Shown: positions 27,975-36,208 of the stretch, piece after piece
Layout of the letters: the number at the start of each line of letters is the position of its first letter
Numbering within the stretch: the first letter of the stretch is position 1
Source of the DNA: Ignavibacteria bacterium
GTDB taxonomy: Bacteria; Bacteroidota; Ignavibacteria; UBA10030; F1-140-MAGs086
Reading direction: 5' to 3'
DNA: 64,000 bases
Assembly: GCA_016873775.1 (NCBI GenBank)
Contig: VGWC01000002.1
Span: 4,832 to 68,831 of the forward strand
Position numbers and translations under genes: made by a program
Notes under the pieces: generated by a model
Databases searched by the model: none
Seen by the model: only the letters and a program-made list of their open reading frames with translations
Told to the model about the DNA's origin: nothing

Positions 27975-29757
27975 CCTCCTCTCTCCGCTCAAACAATACT
28001 TCGGTTACACGACTTTTCACCCGTTGCAGGAAGAAATCATATCAGATATTCTTCAAAAAAAAGATGTGTTTGTTTTGATGCCAACGGGCGGAGGAAAATC
28101 GTTGTGTTATCAATTGCCTTCGATTATCAATGATGGAATGACAATTGTCGTTTCACCATTGATAGCATTGATGAAAGACCAAGTTGATAGTTTGCGAGAG
28201 AATGGAGTTCCTTCTGCGTTTATCAATAGTTCGTTGAATGAAAATGAAATTCATAATGTAAAAGCACAACTTCTTCGCAACGAAATCAAACTTCTCTACG
28301 TTGCGCCGGAAAGAATTATGATGCCGTCGTTTCTTCCTTTCTTGCAAACGTTGAACATCGGTTTGTTTGCGATTGACGAAGCGCATTGCATCTCTGAATG
28401 GGGACACGACTTTCGTCCCGAATACAGGCAACTCAAAACATTGCGAACAACATTTCCAACTATTCCGATTTCTGCATTTACCGCGACAGCAATTCCCGCA
28501 GTGCAGAACGATATTGTTCACCAACTCAATCTGCGCGATGCAAAAATTTACGTTGCAAGTTTCAATCGGAAAAATCTTTTCTACTCTGTTCAACCGAAAC
28601 AAGATTCGTACAAACAACTTCTCGTTTATCTGCGCGCTCACAAAAAAGATTCGGGAATTATTTATTGTTTCAGCCGCGAAAAAACGGAAACACTTGCGCA
28701 ACGTTTGAACGACGACGGTTTTCGCGCTTTACCGTACCACGCAGGACTTGATGCAAAAGTTCGAACCGAAAATCAAGAAAAGTTTATCAAAGATGACGTA
28801 GAAATTATTGTTGCAACTATTGCATTCGGAATGGGCATCAACAAATCGAACGTGCGCTTTGTTATTCATTACGACTTGCCGAAAAATTTAGAAAGTTATT
28901 ATCAGGAAACGGGACGCGCGGGACGTGATGGTTTGCCGGGCGATTGCATTTTGTTTTACGGTTACGGCGATAGAAGAAAAATTGAATACTTCATCGAAGA
29001 AATGCAAAACGAGCAAAACAAAAAAATTGCTTTTGAAAAACTTGAAAAAATAATCGAGTTTTGCGAAAACAATCATTGGTGCCGAAGAAAAATTCTTCTG
29101 AAATATTTCGGTGAAGAATATGTTCAAACAAATTGCGGCAACTGCGATACGTGCATTTCTCCGAAAGATAAGATTGACGGAACAATTCCTGCGCAAAAAA
29201 TTCTTTCGTGTATCAAACGAACGGGTGAACGATTCGGTGCAACGTATATTGTTGACGTCCTGCGCGGTTCTGAGAATGAAAAAATTCAGCACAACAAACA
29301 CGTGCAACTTTCTACGTATGGCATTGGAAAAGATTTCTCTGCAAAACAATGGAAAGCGTTTATTCGTGAACTTGTTCGGCTCGGTTTTATTTCTGTTGAT
29401 GAAGAATTTCGCAGTTTGAAATTGAACGAGCGAAGCAACGAGATTTTATTCAACAACGAAAAAGTTTTTCTCACCAAACCGGAAAAAGAAAAAGTGCGTT
29501 CAAAAGTAAGCGAACCAACCGACGATAATTTCGACTCAAAACTTTTCGATGAATTAAAACATTTACGAAAAATTCTCGCCGATGATGAGGGTGTTCCTCC
29601 GTATGTCGTTTTTCACGATACAGCATTGAAAGAAATGGCAATGTTCAAACCAACAACAGAGAGTGATTTGAAAATGATTACAGGTGTGGGAGAAAGAAAA
29701 TTGGCAAAGTATGGAGATGAGTTTTTATCTATTATACAAAGTTATTTGAAAAAATAA
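27970..29757 (+). CDS. recQ: ATP-dependent DNA helicase RecQ
   Basis: TGGGKSLCYQLP is Walker A and DEAHCISEWGHDFRPEY is DEAH. The Zn-binding Cys cluster is CRRK...CGNCDTC. The C-terminal winged helix (RQC domain) and an HRDC domain follow. Confidence 0.9.
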   Translation: MNLLSPLKQYFGYTTFHPLQEEIISDILQKKDVFVLMPTGGGKSLCYQLPSIINDGMTIVVSPLIALMKDQVDSLRENGVPSAFINSSLNENEIHNVKAQLLRNEIKLLYVAPERIMMPSFLPFLQTLNIGLFAIDEAHCISEWGHDFRPEYRQLKTLRTTFPTIPISAFTATAIPAVQNDIVHQLNLRDAKIYVASFNRKNLFYSVQPKQDSYKQLLVYLRAHKKDSGIIYCFSREKTETLAQRLNDDGFRALPYHAGLDAKVRTENQEKFIKDDVEIIVATIAFGMGINKSNVRFVIHYDLPKNLESYYQETGRAGRDGLPGDCILFYGYGDRRKIEYFIEEMQNEQNKKIAFEKLEKIIEFCENNHWCRRKILLKYFGEEYVQTNCGNCDTCISPKDKIDGTIPAQKILSCIKRTGERFGATYIVDVLRGSENEKIQHNKHVQLSTYGIGKDFSAKQWKAFIRELVRLGFISVDEEFRSLKLNERSNEILFNNEKVFLTKPEKEKVRSKVSEPTDDNFDSKLFDELKHLRKILADDEGVPPYVVFHDTALKEMAMFKPTTESDLKMITGVGERKLAKYGDEFLSIIQSYLKK

Positions 29758-29955
29758 ATCATGTTTCACTTGTTATTATTGAAATTATTGAAGTTCTCAT
29801 TACGAGAATGTTTTGCAAAAAGCACAAAGGGTGTCATTTTGAAGAACGAACCGACGAAAAATCTTCTTTCATCTTGCAATATTTCAGAGTAGATTCCTCA
29901 CTTCGTTCGGAATGACAATTTTTTTTTATTTTGTAAAACTTTCTAAAAATAAATT

Positions 29956-29984
29956 CCAATAATCTCAATAATATCAAGTGAAAG
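29956..29984 (+). promoter_or_regulatory. 27-nt motif CCAATAATCTCAATAATATCAAGTGAAAG upstream of the CoA-transferase gene
   Basis: It shares the 16-mer CAATAATCTCAATAAT exactly with the copy at 21987. Confidence 0.5.
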
Positions 29985-29998
29985 AAATAAAATCTAAA

Positions 29999-31186
29999 AT
30001 GCAATTACCTCTTCACGGAATAAAAGTTCTTGACTTCACACGAATTCTCTCAGGTCCATTTTGCACGATGAAACTCGGCGATATGGGAGCGGAAGTAATT
30101 AAAATCGAACAACCAAACAGCGGCGACGATACACGCAGTTGGGGACCGCCGTTTGTGAATGGTGAAAGCGCGTATTTTCTTTCCGTCAATCGCAACAAAA
30201 AAAGTTTAACGCTCAATTTGAAAACGAGTGAAGCAAAAGAAATTATTCGGAAACTACTTTTACAAAGCGATGTTGTTGTAGAAAATTTTCGCGCAGGAGT
30301 GATGGAGAAACTTGGATTCGGTTTCGATGATGTGCAAAAAATAAATCCGAAAATTATTTATGCTTCGATTTCCGGTTATGGACAAACGAGTTCGCGAAGT
30401 CATCAGCCGAGTTACGATTTGATTGTGCAAGGCGAATCGGGATTGATGGATGTTACCGGTTTTCCCGATGGCGCGCCAACGAAAGCGGGAATTTCTCTTG
30501 CCGATGTTACTGCGGGAACGTTGTGCTTCGAAGGAATTTTACTCGCACTGTTTCAACGAGAGAAAACAGGAAAAGGCGAGCGCGTTGATATTAGTTTGCT
30601 CGATGGCTTGCTATCATTGTTCACCTATCAATCGCAAATTGCGTTGTCATCAAATCGAAAAGTTACACGCAAGGGAAATCAGCATCCGACGATTACGCCG
30701 TACGAAACATATCAAACAAAAAACGGATTTCTGAATGTTGCCATCGGGAGTGAATCGCATTGGGAAAATTTCTGTGAAGCAATTCATCGAACGGATTTGA
30801 TGCGTGATGCTTGTTTTATTACGAATGCAAAGCGAGTTGAAAACCGCGCGTTACTGGAAAGTGAACTCAAACCTATTTTTCTTACGAAAACAAGTGAAGA
30901 GTGGATTTCTCTTTTACAAAAAGCAGATGTTCCTGTTGGAAAAATAAATTCGCTTAATGATGCTTTACAAATGGATGTGTTGAACGAGCGTGAAATGCTT
31001 GCTTTGGTTCAACATCCGAAAGTTGGTGAAATAAAAATTGTAGGAAATCCGATTAAACTTTCTTCCACTTCACAACAACAATTTTCTCCGCCGCCGTTAC
31101 TTGGCGAACATACAGAAGAGATTTTGCTTTCGATTGGGTACTCGAAAAATACGATTGGCGAACTGCAAAAAGGAAATGTGATTTAA
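29999..31186 (+). CDS. CoA-transferase family III (CaiB/BaiF) protein
   Basis: N-terminal GIKVLDFTRILSGPFCTMKLGDMGAEVIKIE and the catalytic-Asp region are typical of CaiB/BaiF. The start is preferred at ATG 29999 rather than at GTG 29978, which sits inside the repeat motif. Confidence 0.8.
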   Translation: MQLPLHGIKVLDFTRILSGPFCTMKLGDMGAEVIKIEQPNSGDDTRSWGPPFVNGESAYFLSVNRNKKSLTLNLKTSEAKEIIRKLLLQSDVVVENFRAGVMEKLGFGFDDVQKINPKIIYASISGYGQTSSRSHQPSYDLIVQGESGLMDVTGFPDGAPTKAGISLADVTAGTLCFEGILLALFQREKTGKGERVDISLLDGLLSLFTYQSQIALSSNRKVTRKGNQHPTITPYETYQTKNGFLNVAIGSESHWENFCEAIHRTDLMRDACFITNAKRVENRALLESELKPIFLTKTSEEWISLLQKADVPVGKINSLNDALQMDVLNEREMLALVQHPKVGEIKIVGNPIKLSSTSQQQFSPPPLLGEHTEEILLSIGYSKNTIGELQKGNVI

Positions 31187-31489
31187 TTTTTTTTGAAATA
31201 CATTTTACAATTAAGAACCTACTCATTGTGATACGATTACTTCACACGGACGTTATGCGATTTACACGATACGACACGCTCCGTATCCAAATGCGAATGA
31301 ACCGGCGCACATTCACGTTGTGCTTAAGGAATCGAATATCAAGAACGAATAATTTATTTATGCATTTGTTTTCTACGATGATATACTGCTGACAACCTCG
31401 ATACGAACTATCAAGAAACCAAAGTAAAAACAGTAATACAAAAAAATATGAAACACATAATCAAAACTCCTAAACAATAGATAGAACAA

Positions 31490-31903
31490 TTGCCCGACGA
31501 CCGGAAAAAAGTAATAAAAGAATTGCGTCGTGTCATTACTCAAAATCTTCCGAAAGGATTCATGGAAACGATGAGTTACGGAATGATTGGATACGTCGTT
31601 CCACATAAACTTTATCCCAACGGATACCATTGCGACCCAAAACAACCGCTTCCCTTTATGGGTATCGCTTCACAAAAAAATTATATTACCCTCTACCACA
31701 TGGGAATGTATGCAAACGAACAATTATTGCAATGGTTCACAAGGGAATTTCCGAAACATAGTTCGACAAAATTAGATATGGGAAAAGGTTGTATTCGTTT
31801 CAAGAAACCTGAACACATTCCCTATCAACTCATCGGCGAATTGGTAAAAAAAATGAGCGTTGATGAATGGATTGAAGTGTATGTAACAGGTGTGAAACGT
31901 TAA
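31490..31903 (+). CDS. DUF1801 (YdhG-like) domain protein
   Basis: METMSYGMIGYVV...GIASQKNYITLYHMG matches DUF1801. A TTG start is inferred. Confidence 0.5.
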   Translation: MPDDRKKVIKELRRVITQNLPKGFMETMSYGMIGYVVPHKLYPNGYHCDPKQPLPFMGIASQKNYITLYHMGMYANEQLLQWFTREFPKHSSTKLDMGKGCIRFKKPEHIPYQLIGELVKKMSVDEWIEVYVTGVKR

Positions 31904-31925
31904 TATTGTTTTGAATTCTATGTAA

Positions 31926-32375
31926 AAATTACACCTTGAAATCATCATCAATGCATCGCAGGAAAAAATCTGGGATACCATTACTAACGACAGAAAATAT
32001 CGCGAATGGAAAAGCGCATTCCACGAAGGTTCATACTTAAAGAAATTGGAATATGGGCGATTCAATAAAATTCATTGCAGTCAATAACGATGGAAAAACA
32101 GAAGGTATGATTTCTGAAATTGATGAAAGTAGGTATCCGGAATTTATTTCCATAAAACACATAGGATATATTTTGAACGGTGTTGAAGATACACAAGCGA
32201 CGGAGTAAAAAAATGGGTTCCTTCGTACGAAAACTACACGATAGAAAAAATGGAATCGCAAAAAAAAACATTTATACTCGAAATGGATGTGCTCGAAGAA
32301 TATTATGATATGTTCATGGACGTATGGCCAAAAGCTTTGAAGAAATTCAATGAAGTTAGTGAGAACAATGATTGA
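31926..32375 (+). pseudogene. SRPBCC (Aha1/START-like) family gene disrupted by two frameshifts or stops, with no start codon
   Basis: Three collinear pieces: EIIINASQEKIWDTITNDRKYREWKSAFHEGSY (frame 0, 31926-32084), MISEIDESRYPEFISIKHIGYILNG (frame 1, 32107-32205) and TFILEMDVLEEYYDMFMDVWPKALKKF (frame 0, 32214-32372). Together they span about 150 codons. Confidence 0.55.
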
Positions 32376-32447
32376 AAACAATAAGAAGTTTCATTGAACT
32401 CATAGCAAAATCTGTGAATGAAATTCTTATATTTGTCGCACTTTTTT

Positions 32448-32520
32448 GGGGCTGTAGCTCAGTTGGGAGAGCGTTCGGTTCGCATCCGAAAGGTCGAGAG
32501 TTCGAATCTCTTCAGCTCCA
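32448..32520 (+). tRNA. tRNA-Ala (anticodon CGC)
   Basis: Manual cloverleaf GGGGCTG-TA-GCTC-AGTTGGGA-GAGC-G-TTCGG-TTCGCAT-CCGAA-AGGTC-GAGAG-TTCGAAT-CTCTT-CAGCTCC-A. It carries the G3:U70 alanine identity pair. No CCA is encoded. Confidence 0.85.
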
Positions 32521-32672
32521 CTAATAAATGGATAATCATTGTGCGGGAATTGCTTGTCATTTTTTTGACAAGCATTTTTCTTTTAAAATACTTCAAATGA
32601 TTTCGACGCAACAAAAAAATCCGTTCAAAAAACAATACTTCACTGGTATACAAAGCATCGCAGAAAACTTAT

Positions 32673-32918
32673 TTGGAGAAATTCAAACAATCCTTACGAA
32701 ATTGTTGTTTCAGAAATTATGTAGCAACAAACGCAAACGAAACGTATGTTTCTACCGATGTATTGTTGAGAAACATATTCGATGAAAACGATATTCATCC
32801 TTCATTTGCTCGCGAAAAAGTATTCAAAAAAATTTTTTCAGAATTGGCAACTGATGGAATACTCGAATCAATCATTTGCGCTAAAAAATCTTATTTGCGA
32901 TTGCAAGAAACTTTATGA
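32673..32918 (+). CDS. Hypothetical small protein (81 aa)
   Basis: Its stop overlaps the downstream gene start (ATGA). There is no recognisable motif. Confidence 0.3.
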   Translation: MEKFKQSLRNCCFRNYVATNANETYVSTDVLLRNIFDENDIHPSFAREKVFKKIFSELATDGILESIICAKKSYLRLQETL

Positions 32919-33199
32919 CAAACTCAAAAGCACAAGCGCTGAAAGAATTTCAGCAAATTCCAGGCGTAGGAAAAAGTATTGCAAACGATTTATGGGAACT
33001 TGGGTTCCGTTCGGTTCAGGATTTGAAATACAACAACCCGGAAGAAATGTACGAACGATACTGTTCGTTAGTCGGAACTACCGTTGACCGATGTTTGCTT
33101 TATGTGTTTCGTTGCGCGGTATATTTTGCTTCAAATAAAAAGCACGAACCAGAATTATTGAAATGGTGGAATTGGAAATATGATCAAAAATTATTGTAG
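32915..33199 (+). CDS. Helix-hairpin-helix DNA-binding protein (Cdd1-like)
   Basis: IPGVGKSIANDLWELGFRSVQDL is an HhH motif. The size of 94 aa fits Cdd1-family proteins. Confidence 0.55.
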   Translation: MTNSKAQALKEFQQIPGVGKSIANDLWELGFRSVQDLKYNNPEEMYERYCSLVGTTVDRCLLYVFRCAVYFASNKKHEPELLKWWNWKYDQKLL

Positions 33200-33421
33200 C
33201 CACTTAATGTTTATGGAAGGTTTTTTTCGTAGATTTTTTCCGCATCTTAAAACAATATTTTACATTCAATTATTATTTTTGGGGAGAAAATTATAAGATA
33301 AGATTTCACAAAATAATTACTTTCTTACTTTAATCTCAATACAGATTACAATTTTGGTAAATATAATTCTGCAAGCGGGGTATTAACATTTATAATCTAA
33401 CAGTTTCATTGTATAAACTGA

Positions 33422-33451
33422 AGGCAGATTTTTTTGAATCTGCCTTTTTTG
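33422..33451 (+). terminator. Rho-independent terminator hairpin
   Basis: aggcagat-ttttttga-atctgcct is followed by tttttt. It lies inside a 370-bp non-coding region. Confidence 0.6.
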
Positions 33452-33568
33452 TTGTTTCAAAAAAATCCTCTTGGAGAAAAGTATAAAACACATCCATCAA
33501 TTTTCACCGTTTATCTTGTTTATTTACTGTTTTACTCGTATATATTTCCCAACTTTTTTTAATTCATT

Positions 33569-33841
33569 ATGAAGGTAGGTTGTAAAATACATGTCAGCGG
33601 TATCGTGCAAGGAGTTGGTTTTCGCTACTTTGTCTTTAAAAAAGCAGGGAATTTGTCATTAGTAGGATTTGTAAAAAATCTTACAAACAGCAACGTAGAA
33701 ATTTATGCAGAAGGAGAACGCTCACTCGTAGAAGAACTGATTACACGTGTAAAAATTGGTCCTCCCAACGCACACGTGAGCGGATTACATATAACATGGG
33801 AAGAATGGAAAGGGACATATTCTAATTTTAAGATTCACTAA
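33569..33841 (+). CDS. acyP: Acylphosphatase
   Basis: VSGIVQGVGFRYF is the acylphosphatase signature 1. Length is 90 aa. Confidence 0.8.
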   Translation: MKVGCKIHVSGIVQGVGFRYFVFKKAGNLSLVGFVKNLTNSNVEIYAEGERSLVEELITRVKIGPPNAHVSGLHITWEEWKGTYSNFKIH

Positions 33842-33864
33842 CACTATAACACTATTGAATAATA

Positions 33865-34359
33865 ATGCGTTTTGGTTTTGGTTTTGATATTCACCAACTC
33901 GTAGAAAATCGAAAACTGATTCTTGGCGGGATTGAAATTCCTTTCAACAAAGGATTACTTGGACATTCGGATGCCGACGCTCTTTCTCATGCTATTTGCG
34001 ATGCATTGTTAGGTGCAGCAACATTGGGAAATATCGGCACACAATTTCCCAATACAGATGTGCAATACAAAAACATCTCAAGTCTCCTGCTACTTGAACG
34101 AACTGCATTGCTTATTCGCGAGAATCATTTTGAAATTTCTAATATAGATTCAACCATTGTTTTACAGGAGCCAATCATACATACATTCATTTCTTATTTA
34201 CGAAAAAACATCGCTCATTCGCTTTCGCTTGAACTTCAACAAGTTTCTGTAAAAGCAACTACTTCCGAGCATCTTGGTTTTATCGGACGCAACGAAGGAA
34301 TTGCCGTGTTTGCAGTCGCATCACTTTATGACAGCACTTCACCAAAATCAGAACTATAA
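33865..34359 (+). CDS. ispF: 2-C-methyl-D-erythritol 2,4-cyclodiphosphate synthase
   Basis: FGFGFDIHQL and GHSDADALSHAICDALLGA are the IspF metal-site motifs. Confidence 0.9.
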   Translation: MRFGFGFDIHQLVENRKLILGGIEIPFNKGLLGHSDADALSHAICDALLGAATLGNIGTQFPNTDVQYKNISSLLLLERTALLIRENHFEISNIDSTIVLQEPIIHTFISYLRKNIAHSLSLELQQVSVKATTSEHLGFIGRNEGIAVFAVASLYDSTSPKSEL

Positions 34360-34363
34360 AATT

Positions 34364-35614
34364 ATGCGCATGCTCATCATATTCGCATTTTTCTTTTGCA
34401 AGTGTTCCATTGAAACACTTGCACAACAAACAACTCTCACAAGAGAAATTCTTGAACAACATTTGACCGAACATTCTTCGTTGAATGAACAAATCGGAAC
34501 AATATCGAATATGTTCAAAGAAAGTTTAGGAAGTGAACGAACCCGCGTCATCGTAATGGATTTTACAACGAACCGTAAAGAAATATCGCTCCTCGGAAAT
34601 TATATACGCAGAACAATCGGAAAAACAATCGGAACAAACGATAAATACGAAATAGTTGACCAAGTTCTTGTCCTCAAAGAAATTGCTGTAAAAAAATTAC
34701 CGTTAGGAGTATCACTTCCTACTACTCGCGTTTATTCATTTGCCGAAATGTTTTTATTTACTGATGCAGTTATTACAGGTTCGGTGGAATTCGATGGAAC
34801 AGTATGCAAAATATCTGCTCAATTGTACTCCGAAGATGCTCTCATAACTTCGTATAACGCAAAATGTACTTCCGACGATATACTCAAACAGTCAGTATTG
34901 CAATTGACAAATAATTATCCGGAAGAATTACTCATTGCGCAAAAAGAAAACCCTGCTCCATCGTTCTTCGTGTATTACACGGAAAAGTTAATTGAAAAAC
35001 TCGAAAATTTGGAACCCTTCTGGATTTACTTTATCGTTTCATTCATTGCATTTATTGAAAACGTGTTTCCACCATTTCCAAGCGACGCCATTGTCGTTTT
35101 CGGAGGATTTCTTGTTGGTGTTGGAAAAGTGAAATATTGGCTCCTTCTTCTTGGTTCAACCATCGGCAGCACTCTTGGATTTATGCTTGCATATTATATC
35201 GGAGTAAAATGTTCGACGACAAAAATTTCCTCATTGAAAATTCGTTACGTTCCTGTTGACGCATTGCTGAAAGTAGGCGCATGGTTCTCCAAATTCGGAT
35301 ACACATTAATTGTCGTGAACAGATTTTTAGCAGGAACAAGAGCAGTGATTTCATTTTTTGCTGGTCTATCAGGTTTACCGTTGTTAACAACAACCATCTT
35401 AAGTTTTCTCAGCGCGTTAGCGTGGAATGCGCTTTTGCTTTACGCTGGAACCAGTTTAGGGAAAAACTGGCAAGTCGCGCTTGAATACATCGGACAATAT
35501 AGTAACGCAATGTTCAATGTTCTTATTACTATCGCGGTTATCAGTATCGTTGTCTATCTTTGGAAAATCAACAAAAAAAATAACAAACAACAAAACGAAG
35601 AGAAAACTTCGTAG
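34364..35614 (+). CDS. Fusion protein: signal peptide, a ~230-aa periplasmic domain, and a C-terminal DedA/VTT membrane domain
   Basis: The C-terminal FIENVFPPFPSDAIVVFGGFLVG...NRFLAGTRAVISFFAGL is the DedA (SNARE-associated/TVP38) core. The N-terminal half has its own signal MRMLIIFAFFF and an alpha/beta pattern (RVIVMDFTTN...LLGNYIRRTI). The preferred start is 34364, after the ispF stop. Confidence 0.6.
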   Translation: MRMLIIFAFFFCKCSIETLAQQTTLTREILEQHLTEHSSLNEQIGTISNMFKESLGSERTRVIVMDFTTNRKEISLLGNYIRRTIGKTIGTNDKYEIVDQVLVLKEIAVKKLPLGVSLPTTRVYSFAEMFLFTDAVITGSVEFDGTVCKISAQLYSEDALITSYNAKCTSDDILKQSVLQLTNNYPEELLIAQKENPAPSFFVYYTEKLIEKLENLEPFWIYFIVSFIAFIENVFPPFPSDAIVVFGGFLVGVGKVKYWLLLLGSTIGSTLGFMLAYYIGVKCSTTKISSLKIRYVPVDALLKVGAWFSKFGYTLIVVNRFLAGTRAVISFFAGLSGLPLLTTTILSFLSALAWNALLLYAGTSLGKNWQVALEYIGQYSNAMFNVLITIAVISIVVYLWKINKKNNKQQNEEKTS

Positions 35615-35632
35615 GAACACTTCTTCCCCATT

Positions 35633-36208
35633 ATGTTCGATTTATTACTTTCTTTCGATCGGGAAATTTTTTATTTCTTCAATTCCACATTTACGTTCCT
35701 TCCATTCGATTCACTGATGCCTTTCTTAACGGATTACCACAAGAACACATATATTATTTGTGGTATTCTTCTTCTTCTCATTTATCTTTTTTGGAAAGGA
35801 GAAAAAAATATCCGTGTTGCAATTCTGCTCGTCATTCCCACACTTATTATTTCTGACCAACTCAGCAGTACCGTGTTGAAGCATTTCTTTGAACGCCAAC
35901 GACCGTGTATCGCATTGGAAAACGTTCGATTGCTTGTAACTTGCGGCAGCGGATTTTCATTTCCTTCATCGCACGCAGTTAATAATTTTGCGGTTGCAAC
36001 ATTATTCGGTGCGTTCTTCAAGCAACATCGTTGGAAATATTTTGCCTTTACCAGCATCATTGCATACTCTCGTGTCTATGTTGGCGTGCATTATCCTTCT
36101 GATATTTTTGCTGGAGCAATCATCGGTGTTTGCTGTGGTTTGGGAGTTTATAAAAGTTGGAAATTTTTCTCTATAAAATTTCAACACACTGAATCACTTC
36201 CGTTATGA
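35633..36208 (+). CDS. PAP2-family phosphatase (undecaprenyl-diphosphatase/PgpB-like)
   Basis: KxxxxxRP (ERQRP), PSSH and SRVYVGVHYPSD are the three PAP2 motifs. Confidence 0.8.
   Translation: MFDLLLSFDREIFYFFNSTFTFLPFDSLMPFLTDYHKNTYIICGILLLLIYLFWKGEKNIRVAILLVIPTLIISDQLSSTVLKHFFERQRPCIALENVRLLVTCGSGFSFPSSHAVNNFAVATLFGAFFKQHRWKYFAFTSIIAYSRVYVGVHYPSDIFAGAIIGVCCGLGVYKSWKFFSIKFQHTESLPL

Noticed and set aside
29978-29998. GTG start at 29978 for the CoA-transferase
   Set aside because: The GTG lies inside the repeated CAAGTGAA motif. The ATG at 29999 gives the conserved MQLPLHGIKVLDF N-terminus typical of CaiB/BaiF.
31772-32381. Minus-strand ORFs 31772-32065, 32037-32381 and 32062-32271
   Set aside because: They are antisense shadows of the SRPBCC pseudogene region and have low-complexity F/I-rich translations with no motifs.
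32418-32653. ORFs 32418-32600 (+) and 32459-32653 (-) from the six-frame track
   Set aside because: They overlap the tRNA-Ala gene (32448-32520) and read through its structured stem sequence. They are spurious.
33200-33568. A known housekeeping ncRNA (RNase P RNA, tmRNA, SRP RNA, 6S) in the large non-coding gap
   Set aside because: None of the conserved core strings (for example GGAAAGUCCGG for RNase P, or GGGGCUGAUUCUGGAUUCGAC for tmRNA) is present by eye. It is left as an unclassified possible sRNA.
34274-34363. 5' extension of the DedA-fusion ORF overlapping the ispF 3' end
   Set aside because: It overlaps ispF coding sequence. The Met at 34364 immediately follows the ispF stop and begins a plausible signal peptide.
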